A stretch of 37,840 nt of DNA, taken from the IMG/VR virus record IMGVR_UViG_3300038406_000036, positions 1 to 37,840 of that record; one strand, given 5' to 3'. This DNA comes from a virus (taxonomy: Duplodnaviria > Caudoviricetes). A model generated the notes under the pieces. The model saw nothing but the letters and a program-made list of their open reading frames with translations. It had not been told where the DNA came from and made no database searches. Position numbers and translations under genes: made by a program. Numbering within the stretch: position 1 is the stretch's first letter; the number at the start of each line of letters is the position of its first letter. Positions 26,413 through 35,543 of this stretch are shown piece after piece.

Positions 26413-27249
26413 CTAACCTCTTTCTGATGCATTAAGCATTTGAACTATTAAATCTTTTGTACCTTTACTATCCAATTTCTGTGGATCTACTCCCGGTTTT
26501 GGAATAGGACCACCTGAACCTAGCAACATAGGTGCAGCCGACCTACCACGAATTTCAGAAACTAATTTGTTATAATCCGCCATAGCCTCATCGGGAGTCA
26601 TACCAGCATGCAGCATTCTCATAACGATCTCTCGCTCAGGAAAATCACCATGCTTATCTTTAAGCATACTAAGTTCCTTTTCTAATGCTGCTTCCTGCTT
26701 CTTTTCTTCTGCTGAAGTAAGTTCTGATTGATGTTGTGCTACCACAATTTTACTTAGAGTATCAACAGTTTGCTGTAATTTTTGGTACGCAGGGTGCGTC
26801 TCTATATCTAGACTAGGAGTAGTAGTTCCATCATCACTAGGTTTAGATTCCTCAGCCATTTCTTTAACTTCCTCTGTAGATATACCTAGAAACTCTCCTA
26901 ATCTTTGATACACCATTTGTGGATCTCGTTCAGCTACTGACATAAACTTGAAGGCAGTATCCGCATACTCTGGACTTATACCACTCTTTGCAAAATCTCT
27001 CCAGGGAGCATGCTCCTCTTGCAGTTTGTTGTAACTAGAATCCCACTCTTTTAAAACATTAGCTGCCTCAGTACGTTTCTCCTGAGGTATGTACTGTACT
27101 AAATCATTCCAAGCAGGATTGCCACCTTCAATTAAAGGAATACCAGAGGAAGGATCTCCTGGTTTAGGAACACCTACCTCTTCATCTTCCGGTCCGCCTC
27201 GTCCGTTTAGCTGTGCCCAATAGCCCTGGCTAAACCTATCCATACCCAT
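26413..27249 (-). CDS. capsid scaffolding protein
   Basis: Acidic coiled coil immediately upstream of MCP; AGGAG RBS. Confidence 0.72.
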   Translation of the reverse strand: MGMDRFSQGYWAQLNGRGGPEDEEVGVPKPGDPSSGIPLIEGGNPAWNDLVQYIPQEKRTEAANVLKEWDSSYNKLQEEHAPWRDFAKSGISPEYADTAFKFMSVAERDPQMVYQRLGEFLGISTEEVKEMAEESKPSDDGTTTPSLDIETHPAYQKLQQTVDTLSKIVVAQHQSELTSAEEKKQEAALEKELSMLKDKHGDFPEREIVMRMLHAGMTPDEAMADYNKLVSEIRGRSAAPMLLGSGGPIPKPGVDPQKLDSKGTKDLIVQMLNASERG

Positions 27250-27258
27250 TACTGACTC

Positions 27259-27408
27259 CTAATATCCGTTGGAAGTAGCCTGTGTTAAACGACGTTTCAA
27301 TATGTCATCACTATATGGTCTTTTTTTCTTTTTTTTCTTCTTCTTTTCTTCTAACATAGGAGAAGCAGCATTTACATTCTTTACATAATCACTATAGTTA
27401 ATAGTCAT
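27259..27408 (-). CDS. 49-aa poly-lysine protein (not in ORF track)
   Basis: MTINYSDYVKNVNAASPMLEEKKKKKKKKRPYSDDILKRRLTQATSNGY fills the gap exactly. Confidence 0.65.
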   Translation of the reverse strand: MTINYSDYVKNVNAASPMLEEKKKKKKKKRPYSDDILKRRLTQATSNGY

Positions 27409-27409
27409 A

Positions 27410-27754
27410 TCAGTCGTCTTCTGCCATCGGATTCAATTGCTCCCACAAGCCTTTACCAGGAGTCTGATAAAAAAATCCAGTAGAAGTGTTGAACCAAACA
27501 GTTCCATACGTTTCTTCTGTATCCGCAGGATCCTCTTCGGAAATGACAGGAGGAGGAAGTATAGCAACTAGTGAAACAACTCCTGTCCTAAGAGCTTCCC
27601 TAATACTAAATTCTTTATCATTTCTTGTCAAAGACTTCACTACATGTTCAGGAGTTTCAATCCTATTTATTAATATATAATCTAAATCATCATCCCGCAT
27701 AGAGCTCAGCGGAGCTGTTTCCGGCATTGGATTCATTAAGTTCATTTCCCCCAC
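27410..27754 (-). CDS. hypothetical virion-module protein (start uncertain)
   Basis: LTRNDKEFSIR and GTVWFNTSTG; overlaps portal 3' end. Confidence 0.6.
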   Translation of the reverse strand: MGEMNLMNPMPETAPLSSMRDDDLDYILINRIETPEHVVKSLTRNDKEFSIREALRTGVVSLVAILPPPVISEEDPADTEETYGTVWFNTSTGFFYQTPGKGLWEQLNPMAEDD

Positions 27755-29720
27755 CTTCGGGCATCATTTGTTCTGGCTGCTGTACCTGCCCATTATCCGA
27801 AGGAGGCTGTAATGGACTTGGCATGTTTCCTGGCATATCTAAGGACATGCCTTGTACCTGTGCTTGCATGTGTTCTCTAACATGCTCTTCAAACAATAAT
27901 TTAACCTCAGGAGTTGCCATCTCGAATGCTTGTGATTTACGATATCTATTGTGGTATTCAATATGAAGTGCGTGGTTGTCATACGAATTTGTAGGTATAA
28001 TAAGAGGAACTCGTAAAGGCTGACCTGTAGCTGTATCTATTCTCTGAATTTCTGGTCTCTGTTCCCATTCTTGTTTAACTCGAATCATATCTTCTTTAGT
28101 TGCTTTACTCATTTTAAGATTTTCACGTTGCGCGTGCCTAGCGTCTACCTGAACTTGTTCATAAATCTTATTTAACCCACCAATTTCAAGAACTTCAAGA
28201 CCTTTTTCTGGAGGTATAAATCCCATCTTCATAAGATCCATAATATAAGCTTGCTTAGCTGCTTTAGATGTTGGAAGAGCAGAGCCTGCCTCTACTACTA
28301 TATCTGTATTTCCTCTAAGATCAGATCCTCTAAATGCTAAGATATCAAACGAGTTATCCAATCCAACAGTACGAATTGTACGCTCTTCTTGCCAATAATC
28401 TTTTACATAGACAAGGCAGTGATGACCTAGTTTCTCAATACATTCTTCTAGCGAATCGTAATGTGGAGCTATCAAAGATTCATCTTGTTCTTGCAAATAG
28501 CTGATAGCTACAGCGGCAGTTACTCCAGGAGGAGTTTGTCCTTGACTAACTTCATGTTGTCCAGATAGATCAGCTATATCTGTATAGAGTCTACTAACTT
28601 CTTCTGTAACATAGGAAGGTAAATTCTGCATAGGCATAGGCTCTGGGCGTTGATATCCCATTTTATATTCAATTACGAGTCCTGGTTCTGACGTTATTTT
28701 ACTGGTAACTATAGAGCCCTTCTCAGCACGCAACTGAGGTTTAGCCATAAGGTTCTTTGCTTCAATTATCTGTCCGCGAGTTCTATTGAGTTCTCTATTT
28801 AACGGTATCAGATCTTCAACAATAGATGCACTATAAAATTTTCCAGTAGGAATACCCTCTAGCTTGCTAAAAGGATATTGTCCATGACTGTAAGGCCAAC
28901 CTTCAACCCCACGTAGAATCCTATTAGCAGCTATTGTAAAAACTCCACCTTCTGGCAATTCAGGCAGATATCCTGGTTTAACCCATACTTCTAGAACTAT
29001 AACTGTATTGTCCTGTGATCCCGCATCAATACCCATAACGCGCAGCAATGACTCATCAACAACTTCTAACTCTTTACCGGATATTTCGACATCAAAATAC
29101 TGTTTTACCCACTCTTTATGCATGACCTGAGCGTGAATAATACAAGGCTGCTCTTCTATTTCTTCTTGTTTTAAATCTTCTACGAATATATGGAAAGGAG
29201 TTATTGCCTGAACCTCTATATCTCCATCAACATTATTTAAAGTATCGCGTTTGGCGGGGTTCCACCAGTGTTTAATGAATGAAGTACCTGTAGTAGCCTG
29301 CCAGAAAACAGCTCGACGTATAGTTCTATTGAGCTTTAAATGTCTCCACAGATGAGTCCATATCTGCTCACCCGCTTGAGCCGCAAATATGTCTCTATCT
29401 TCAACAGAAGCTGGTATTATGTATGCGTTAGGCTGTTGAGATGTTAATCTAGATATTTCTTTTCTTACAACTTTTCGCACCTGATTTATTACTGGTCGAA
29501 CTTTATAGTATGGAGCTTTAGGTACATGCAGCTTATATCTAGATGTTCCTGTTTCGTTTATAAAGCGCAGATAGTGCTGCCCAAAATAGAAAGCTAGATC
29601 TAAATACCACTGCTGCTCTTGCTTAGTACGATACTCTTGTGCTCGTTGGAATTTCTGCATTCCATCAGCAGCTAGTTTTTCTCTTAATTTAACTGCCGAT
29701 TTATTTTTGTCCGTGAACAT
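27690..29720 (-). CDS. portal protein
   Basis: About 676 aa, FYFGQHY, INQVR, ITPFHIF, DLIPLNRELN and TAAVAI..LQEQ; between TerL and scaffold; ATG 29720 preferred over TTG 29795. Confidence 0.87.
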   Translation of the reverse strand: MFTDKNKSAVKLREKLAADGMQKFQRAQEYRTKQEQQWYLDLAFYFGQHYLRFINETGTSRYKLHVPKAPYYKVRPVINQVRKVVRKEISRLTSQQPNAYIIPASVEDRDIFAAQAGEQIWTHLWRHLKLNRTIRRAVFWQATTGTSFIKHWWNPAKRDTLNNVDGDIEVQAITPFHIFVEDLKQEEIEEQPCIIHAQVMHKEWVKQYFDVEISGKELEVVDESLLRVMGIDAGSQDNTVIVLEVWVKPGYLPELPEGGVFTIAANRILRGVEGWPYSHGQYPFSKLEGIPTGKFYSASIVEDLIPLNRELNRTRGQIIEAKNLMAKPQLRAEKGSIVTSKITSEPGLVIEYKMGYQRPEPMPMQNLPSYVTEEVSRLYTDIADLSGQHEVSQGQTPPGVTAAVAISYLQEQDESLIAPHYDSLEECIEKLGHHCLVYVKDYWQEERTIRTVGLDNSFDILAFRGSDLRGNTDIVVEAGSALPTSKAAKQAYIMDLMKMGFIPPEKGLEVLEIGGLNKIYEQVQVDARHAQRENLKMSKATKEDMIRVKQEWEQRPEIQRIDTATGQPLRVPLIIPTNSYDNHALHIEYHNRYRKSQAFEMATPEVKLLFEEHVREHMQAQVQGMSLDMPGNMPSPLQPPSDNGQVQQPEQMMPEGGGNELNESNAGNSSAELYAG

Positions 29721-30060
29721 CCCTGTCGAATACTGCTCCAAAGTCTTCAAGTGCTGCTTGTCTGATGTCTGAGTCAAGGTCATCGAATTCAACACCTCCT
29801 AACGCTACTATTCGATCAGCCTCAGATTCGTCATCTCTGGGTGTGTACTCTTCTTTATCATCATCTTGCATCTCGGATGTCTGCAAGGCTAAGTATGTCC
29901 TTAGATCCCCGGCTTGAAGACGATTTAGTAGATTTTGTTGAGCTTCTAGAAGTAATTTTACTGTCGGATTTTCCTTCGTGTGAAGGTAAATTAGGTACGT
30001 GTTCATCGCTAGTACTGACATCACTATCACTATCAGTAACAGAAGAATCCACAAGTTCAT
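29701..30060 (-). CDS. membrane-anchored hypothetical protein
   Basis: N-terminal TM LWILLLLIVIVMSVLAM, acidic C-terminus; AAGGA RBS. Confidence 0.65.
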   Translation of the reverse strand: MNLWILLLLIVIVMSVLAMNTYLIYLHTKENPTVKLLLEAQQNLLNRLQAGDLRTYLALQTSEMQDDDKEEYTPRDDESEADRIVALGGVEFDDLDSDIRQAALEDFGAVFDRDVHGQK

Positions 30061-30487
30061 TTATCTCATCCTTAAGGTGTCCTATAAGATCTAGTAGATT
30101 GTCCGCAGAAGTAGCTACTATATCTAATTCCTTATGTACACTGTTTATAATAGCAACTGCGGCTACAGGGGGATCTTCTTTCTCTTCCTCTTTAAGGATT
30201 CCAGTCAATCTAGCTATATTGAATAACTCAACAACACATAAATCACAAAGATAAATCACATGAAATACTTTAGGAGCTATTTGGATCTCAACACCTAGAT
30301 CAACATACTTCCTTTCTAGGTTTTGAGAACCGCAAACACAACATTTCCCAGGAGCTAAAATCGGACCATTCTCTAGTACTTTCATTTTTGACTGTGCTAT
30401 AGACACCTCTAGCTCCCTAAGGTAATCTGGATCAGTTTCCGTGGGCATCCTATTATACTTAATACGGAACTCATCTACAGTCAGCAT
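29861..30487 (-). CDS. Zn-finger hypothetical protein with Ser-rich tail
   Basis: PGKCCVCG...IYLCDLC; AAGGA RBS. Confidence 0.65.
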   Translation of the reverse strand: MLTVDEFRIKYNRMPTETDPDYLRELEVSIAQSKMKVLENGPILAPGKCCVCGSQNLERKYVDLGVEIQIAPKVFHVIYLCDLCVVELFNIARLTGILKEEEKEDPPVAAVAIINSVHKELDIVATSADNLLDLIGHLKDEINELVDSSVTDSDSDVSTSDEHVPNLPSHEGKSDSKITSRSSTKSTKSSSSRGSKDILSLADIRDAR

Positions 30488-30579
30488 CAGTAGATGTCCT
30501 TAAACAACCAATAGAAGGCTGTATACATAACTACAATAGTGCATATGCTGCCGAACATACAGCCATAAAGAAACTTCAC
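30487..30579 (-). CDS. 30-aa single-TM protein (not in ORF track)
   Basis: MKFLYGCMFGSICTIVVMYTAFYWLFKDIY; GGAGAG RBS, GTGA overlap with TerL stop and TGATG overlap downstream. Confidence 0.55.
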   Translation of the reverse strand: MKFLYGCMFGSICTIVVMYTAFYWLFKDIY

Positions 30580-32054
30580 GTAATCTCTCCAAAATCTAGA
30601 TCTCGTATGTCTTGTGACAATGATAAAGGTGAATGCATAGTATCTTTGTCGACTCGCCAAGGAAAATCTTTTGGCCTAGTCTGTGTAAGAGAGAATTCTT
30701 GTATATTTAATGCTTCTGTATCTTCTCCTAAATCGGGTAAGAATTTGTATAGATACCCAACAGAGTCAGTACAGTGATTATCTTTATCAAGAGGTTCTTC
30801 TCTTTTGTTAGAAAGGTCTGCTATCTTAGAAGTTAGATAACGCTTCCAAGGTAACTTTCGGAGTTCCTTAATTAGATTAGGACAATCTTCTGTCATCAAC
30901 CAGTAATTACGCATTAGATAATCATTCATTTTATCAATTTCAGAATTATCTTTGTGCTTCTTACTTGGCTTAATAGGTACGCCATGCATAGCATATTCAA
31001 TCAACAAAGAGTGACCTGTTTGTTTACTTCGTTGTGACATAGACGGGTCACCAACATACGCAAACGGTTCTACGTCTAACTCTTTATTACGCTCTAGAAC
31101 CACTTCTGAATGCATTCTAGCAGTCCATTCAGACCTGTAATGTTCACTGAATGTAACTACTCTTCCATCAGGAGATACTCCATGCCACAGCCATGCTGTG
31201 GGATTGTTAAATCCAGCGTCTACCGAACACCATACAATCCAATTCTTTGGAGGAACTCCACTACGTATAACATGCCTATCTTCGTCAAAACTCTTAAAAA
31301 CTAAACCACCTCTAGGAACAAATTTACCTTCAATTCTAATTGTTTGTTCTTCCTCATCTAAATCTTCTTCGAGAGTCTTAATTCCTTCCTGCGATATATG
31401 TACATTGTCTTTGCTACTAATATAGAATACTTCTACATTTTTAGCCTTCTTTTCCATTAATTCACTATATACCCATGTATGAGTACCTGCAATTGAAGTA
31501 AGAGTTAACCAGTACTTTCCATTAAAGTCTATTAATCGAGCTTTAGATTCAATGAAGATATCTCTTGGACACTCCTCATCACACCAAAGAAAGTGTCTAG
31601 CAGTTCCCGCGAATGATTCTATATCCTGTCCGTGTGCCTTAATTTCTATTTTGCTACCATTACGCAACGTCAACAGATGCTTTCTCTTACTGTAAGAATC
31701 TTCCCAAGAACTATTAATGAGTTGACTAGGAGGGATCCATTGACTTAACTTAGGTAGTATTATCTGATCGCAACCATATTCAAAGTCAACAGTGATGATT
31801 CTACCAAATGTAGGAGGCTCAGGAACTTTTTGATGAGGATGTTTACCTGTAGCGAATCGTATACTTTCAATTGTACCGGCTACTGTTTTTCCACTCCTGT
31901 TAGAACCGTATAGTAATCTACCTATAGCGTTACTTTTATGAAATTCAGTTTGTCCACCGATGTTAGGTTCATAGCTGTGTATGTTAGGGTTCCTCGCTGC
32001 ATTAGTTAGTCCTGTACCCACCGCCTGTATTAGTTCTGCTAAGGATGCCGTCAC
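30576..32054 (-). CDS. terL: terminase large subunit
   Basis: Walker A GSNRSGKT, Walker B LWCDEE, nuclease VDAGFNNPTA and KDNHCTD. Confidence 0.95.
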   Translation of the reverse strand: MTASLAELIQAVGTGLTNAARNPNIHSYEPNIGGQTEFHKSNAIGRLLYGSNRSGKTVAGTIESIRFATGKHPHQKVPEPPTFGRIITVDFEYGCDQIILPKLSQWIPPSQLINSSWEDSYSKRKHLLTLRNGSKIEIKAHGQDIESFAGTARHFLWCDEECPRDIFIESKARLIDFNGKYWLTLTSIAGTHTWVYSELMEKKAKNVEVFYISSKDNVHISQEGIKTLEEDLDEEEQTIRIEGKFVPRGGLVFKSFDEDRHVIRSGVPPKNWIVWCSVDAGFNNPTAWLWHGVSPDGRVVTFSEHYRSEWTARMHSEVVLERNKELDVEPFAYVGDPSMSQRSKQTGHSLLIEYAMHGVPIKPSKKHKDNSEIDKMNDYLMRNYWLMTEDCPNLIKELRKLPWKRYLTSKIADLSNKREEPLDKDNHCTDSVGYLYKFLPDLGEDTEALNIQEFSLTQTRPKDFPWRVDKDTMHSPLSLSQDIRDLDFGEIT

Positions 32055-32326
32055 TGTCCTGCGCCTAATTCTCTCAACGCGTCAATACATTTTTGTACTT
32101 GAGATTGAGTTGGAGGGTTACTGGCAGTTATAGGAAAACTAACAGTCCGACCAACTAACGGTAATTTACTATTAACTCCATTATGTGTATGATCTCCAGC
32201 AGAAGCCTGATCGTGGCTAATTCCTAGCGAATGATGTTGTGCAGTTTGAGAAGAATCTTTATCCGATTTTGTATGCAGTATATTAACTTCTTTGGCACCC
32301 ATAGGTTCTGTCATAAGGCTATCCAA
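32051..32326 (-). CDS. small His-rich virion/fibre-associated protein
   Basis: DKDSSQTAQHHSLG...GDHTHNG. Confidence 0.6.
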   Translation of the reverse strand: MDSLMTEPMGAKEVNILHTKSDKDSSQTAQHHSLGISHDQASAGDHTHNGVNSKLPLVGRTVSFPITASNPPTQSQVQKCIDALRELGAGQ

Positions 32327-32832
32327 TACATTAAATTGTAAGTAAGGCTATCACCAGAGTTCCAAGCCCACGAAGCAGTATTGCCTAAAACTCCCCCACT
32401 TGTTTCTTTCTCCATTTTAATAGTGAATTCATCAGGAGGGTTAACAGCTGATAATTGACACACACCTACCATACTAGGTCCGCTAGGACTACCAGCGTCG
32501 AACACTCTAGCTGTTCCTATAATATCATTAAAAGCATCTGTATTTATTGCCGGAATAGGTAACTTAAATCTCCACTGAGTGCCTCCGCCAGCAATACCAG
32601 AGCCCGCCAAATTTATAGCTGCGCTAACAAAAGCTATTCCCATGTAGTTTATCCACACACCGTCAAGAACAGCTTCATCTCCAAAGTTGGGCGAATCCCC
32701 TAATGCCTCTACTATCGGGATGAAGGGTTGTAAAACACCTCCCCCAAACTTCTTATCAACCTCGTCCAGATTTAACACATGTAAACTAGGCCATTCTCTA
32801 AGCAAATCAGTTACTGCTGGATTCGCAACCAT
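32311..32832 (-). CDS. fibre-like beta protein, paralog 3
   Basis: PNFG, GGGTQWRFKLP and IGTARVFD shared with the two upstream genes. Confidence 0.6.
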   Translation of the reverse strand: MVANPAVTDLLREWPSLHVLNLDEVDKKFGGGVLQPFIPIVEALGDSPNFGDEAVLDGVWINYMGIAFVSAAINLAGSGIAGGGTQWRFKLPIPAINTDAFNDIIGTARVFDAGSPSGPSMVGVCQLSAVNPPDEFTIKMEKETSGGVLGNTASWAWNSGDSLTYNLMYWIAL

Positions 32833-32850
32833 AGCAACATCTCCACAAAA

Positions 32851-33405
32851 TTATATAGGATACGTAAAGCAGCACGATAGCCTATCACTTTGTGCTAATG
32901 TAAATGGATTAGTTGGATCCCATAAAGTACCAGATAACCTGGAGGTTCTAAATTGTACCATATTAGAGTTAACGAGTACAGGAATTAATAAAGTACTATT
33001 ACCAGTTAAATCACTAGCGTCAGCTAAATCAGCCCACCCTATAGCCTGTAAAGTGTTAGCTAGTACAAATAGTGGATTAGGGGCTACAGGGAGATTAATT
33101 TCATAAGTTCCTACTCCAGCATTAAAACCAGTAGTTCCAGCTGATATTATTACCCAACCACACATTAAGAAATTACCTAGCTTAGCAAATTTACCTACAA
33201 TACTACCACCAGTACCAAACGTAGGGTCTGCGCCCGCGCCAGAGGTAGTCCAAGCTAATCCAGGAAATGACACCTCTTCAAAATTGTGTAGCTCGTCTAT
33301 CTTATTCATGTTACCTGAATTTTGATTTACCCAATTGTTGTCACGTATTATTTCTTTCAAGTCTGGTTTAATCAACGCAGAGTATTTAGTAGTTGTAGTC
33401 CCCAT
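32851..33405 (-). CDS. fibre-like beta protein, paralog 2
   Basis: LIKPD, PTFG, AGVGTYEINLP and IGWADLAD. Confidence 0.62.
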   Translation of the reverse strand: MGTTTTKYSALIKPDLKEIIRDNNWVNQNSGNMNKIDELHNFEEVSFPGLAWTTSGAGADPTFGTGGSIVGKFAKLGNFLMCGWVIISAGTTGFNAGVGTYEINLPVAPNPLFVLANTLQAIGWADLADASDLTGNSTLLIPVLVNSNMVQFRTSRLSGTLWDPTNPFTLAQSDRLSCCFTYPI

Positions 33406-34010
33406 CAGATTATAGCCTTATAAAAGAATTGACCGTCTATACGATCAAAAGCCGCTAGTATGAAAGGAGCACTACTAGCCCCTGCATTCATTCGGTTATT
33501 AGCTCTAAGATTAAATTTCTCTAATGCGAACCCCGCATGTCTAGGAGAAAATCCGTCCATCGGCTGTATAGCAGCCAAGTATTGCTGGCCTGCTGAGTTA
33601 TCCTCTAAGCGCGCTTGACCGATGACATGACTTGCTCCGTATGTACCAGTCACGTCGTGAAAACTTCCGTCTATAACAAATGGGAGTGTAACCTGATAAA
33701 ACCCCGAACCCGCTGTTACGCCAGAACTTCCAGCTCTTATGCTGAAAAGGCCAAACACAAAGTCTCCAGGCAACACAGAATAAAAACCTAACTTTGTCGG
33801 ACTAGAACCTAAGTTAGGGTTAGTAGTGACAGCCTGCAATTCAGGTACGTATGTCTGCATTTCCACAGCTGCAATAGCATTAGTAAGTATCAAGTTATTC
33901 TTGACAACTAGCTTATCATTCGCTTCTTCTGTATCGTCTACCCACAGTCTAGCTTTTTCAGTGCCGTCTGGTTTAATCAGACTAAGATTAGTTGTTAGTG
34001 TAACCCCCAT
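33405..34010 (-). CDS. fibre-like beta protein, paralog 1
   Basis: LIKPD, PNLG, AGSGFYQVTLP and IGQARLED. Confidence 0.62.
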   Translation of the reverse strand: MGVTLTTNLSLIKPDGTEKARLWVDDTEEANDKLVVKNNLILTNAIAAVEMQTYVPELQAVTTNPNLGSSPTKLGFYSVLPGDFVFGLFSIRAGSSGVTAGSGFYQVTLPFVIDGSFHDVTGTYGASHVIGQARLEDNSAGQQYLAAIQPMDGFSPRHAGFALEKFNLRANNRMNAGASSAPFILAAFDRIDGQFFYKAII

Positions 34011-34011
34011 T

Positions 34012-34854
34012 CTATATCGTTCCTCCTATGTTCTGAGCCCCGCGACTAGTGAAGATGTTACCTCTTTCAGCTGTCGAAATCGTAACTTTTGGTCCAGAGC
34101 CTATCATCCTATTATCGTTTACTGCATCTGCTTCTACTATCTCTTCTATAATACTATCTTCTATAAGGGTTTCTCCATCTACGATTATCGTGTTACTAAC
34201 TCCGGGCGCAGCAGCCAATAAATCAGCACCTATACGTGACAACACTGCTGGATCTTTAACGTGCTTGACAATGATTTCGATTACCAGTTGAAGTAGTTTA
34301 CTAACATCAGGAGTGTCCTGAGAACGGAATTCCCCTGTAGCTTCAAAGTAGTATTTCAGCGCATTGAAGTCACCTTTACGTACCAGTTTAGCGAACTCAG
34401 TAATAGCTTCTGGTCGCACGTTCTTGAGGTTCTTATCAGCTCGATCAGATACGAATTTCTGAAATTTAGGGTTGTCCAGCCACGCATAATATTGAGTGGG
34501 GTTTACACCTAATTCATCGAGCTTCTGCGCTATAGGACGTTCGTCTGCAAAATTAGCAACAGTCAAAGCAGCAGCATGTTGTATCGAAGTTAATTCACCA
34601 TTAGTCTGAGCACCAGCTGTAATGTATGGAAGTCCTCTTCTATCTAAAGCTGCTATCACATTCCTATTCTGTAAGAATACGTTAATCTCAGAGACCGAAT
34701 ATCTTAGGTCTTTAGCCGCTTGTTCAGGAGAAGGGAAACCTGAGTTGTTTAAGAAATAGTATCTCTCGCAGTACGCTATATAGTTAAATTCTTTCCTACC
34801 CATCTTTTTCATTACAGGCTTCGGTTTGTACCTTCCTTTAAGTAGGTCTGTCAT
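34012..34854 (-). CDS. putative terminase small subunit (HTH DNA-binding)
   Basis: HTH-like LGVNPTQYYAWLDNPKF and GDFNALKYYFEATG; first gene of late operon; AAGGA RBS. Confidence 0.65.
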   Translation of the reverse strand: MTDLLKGRYKPKPVMKKMGRKEFNYIAYCERYYFLNNSGFPSPEQAAKDLRYSVSEINVFLQNRNVIAALDRRGLPYITAGAQTNGELTSIQHAAALTVANFADERPIAQKLDELGVNPTQYYAWLDNPKFQKFVSDRADKNLKNVRPEAITEFAKLVRKGDFNALKYYFEATGEFRSQDTPDVSKLLQLVIEIIVKHVKDPAVLSRIGADLLAAAPGVSNTIIVDGETLIEDSIIEEIVEADAVNDNRMIGSGPKVTISTAERGNIFTSRGAQNIGGTI

Positions 34855-34909
34855 CTACAACTTCCTTATATTTATTTCCGGGGGCACCCACGCGCGCGCG
34901 CGTGTCTAT

Positions 34910-34939
34910 AGGGTAGCGTATTGTACCATGCCCTGTCAA
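34910..34939 (-). promoter_or_regulatory. promoter of the structural operon
   Basis: Minus strand TTGACA (34939-34934), 18-nt spacer, TACCCT (34915-34910). Confidence 0.6.
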
Positions 34940-35190
34940 TAGCCCCTGACCAGGCATTATACCCCGTACCAAGATCAACTTGTAATTAACTTCTAAAATT
35001 TTCAACTGTACACTAACCTATATAACTACAGGGCCGTTGTTTCGCCTTTAGGCGTCTAGGTATTTGGGATAGTTTAGGATAATTTAAGTTGAGTAATCTA
35101 GATTTAGTTAAAGTTCTTGAGATTTTTTGAGGTGTACATGTGCATGTATATGGGACCACTGCAACAAGTTGCATGGAGAAAACCTTGACA

Positions 35191-35278
35191 AGATGCTTAG
35201 ATATCGACATATTTAACTATAGAACTATCGAGATGTTGAACTATAGAAATAGCGATATATCGAACTATAGTAATATAG
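35191..35278. repeat. degenerate 8-bp tandem repeat, 11 units
   Basis: AGATGCTT AGATATCG ACATATTT AACTATAG AACTATCG AGATGTTG AACTATAG AAATAGCG ATATATCG AACTATAG TAATATAG. Confidence 0.75.
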
Positions 35279-35470
35279 ACGAAGTCGTATTTTGGGCATG
35301 TCGTACTTGCCATATTGGATAGTATACTGTGGAGAGTGGAAATAATAGGTGAATATATGGATGTAACGATGAATTAAATGTGCAATTAAATAAATGGCAG
35401 TCCCTCCTAAGTACACATTATCCGAAAATACGATTATAGGAATTGGTCTTGTAATTAGCTTAATTGGGTT

Positions 35471-35543
35471 GATGAAGATTGGAATGAAATAAGAGACAAT
35501 CACAAACGGAGTGAAGTGATTTTATTTCATTACAATCTTTATC
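35471..35543. repeat. 22-bp imperfect inverted repeat (long stem-loop)
   Basis: GATGAAGATTGGAATGAAATAA / TTATTTCATTACAATCTTTATC (20 of 22 match), inner AATCAC/GTGATT. Confidence 0.75.

Noticed and set aside
18260-34291. Many short + strand ORFs opposite the structural genes (likewise - strand ORFs in the replication arm)
   Set aside because: Antisense shadows of long genes with no RBS or motifs
35191-35278. CRISPR mini-array
   Set aside because: Units are 8 bp and contiguous with no spacers
35013-35503. ORFs 35013-35210, 35140-35322 and 35225-35503
   Set aside because: They run through repeats and low-complexity sequence, lack an RBS and have biased composition
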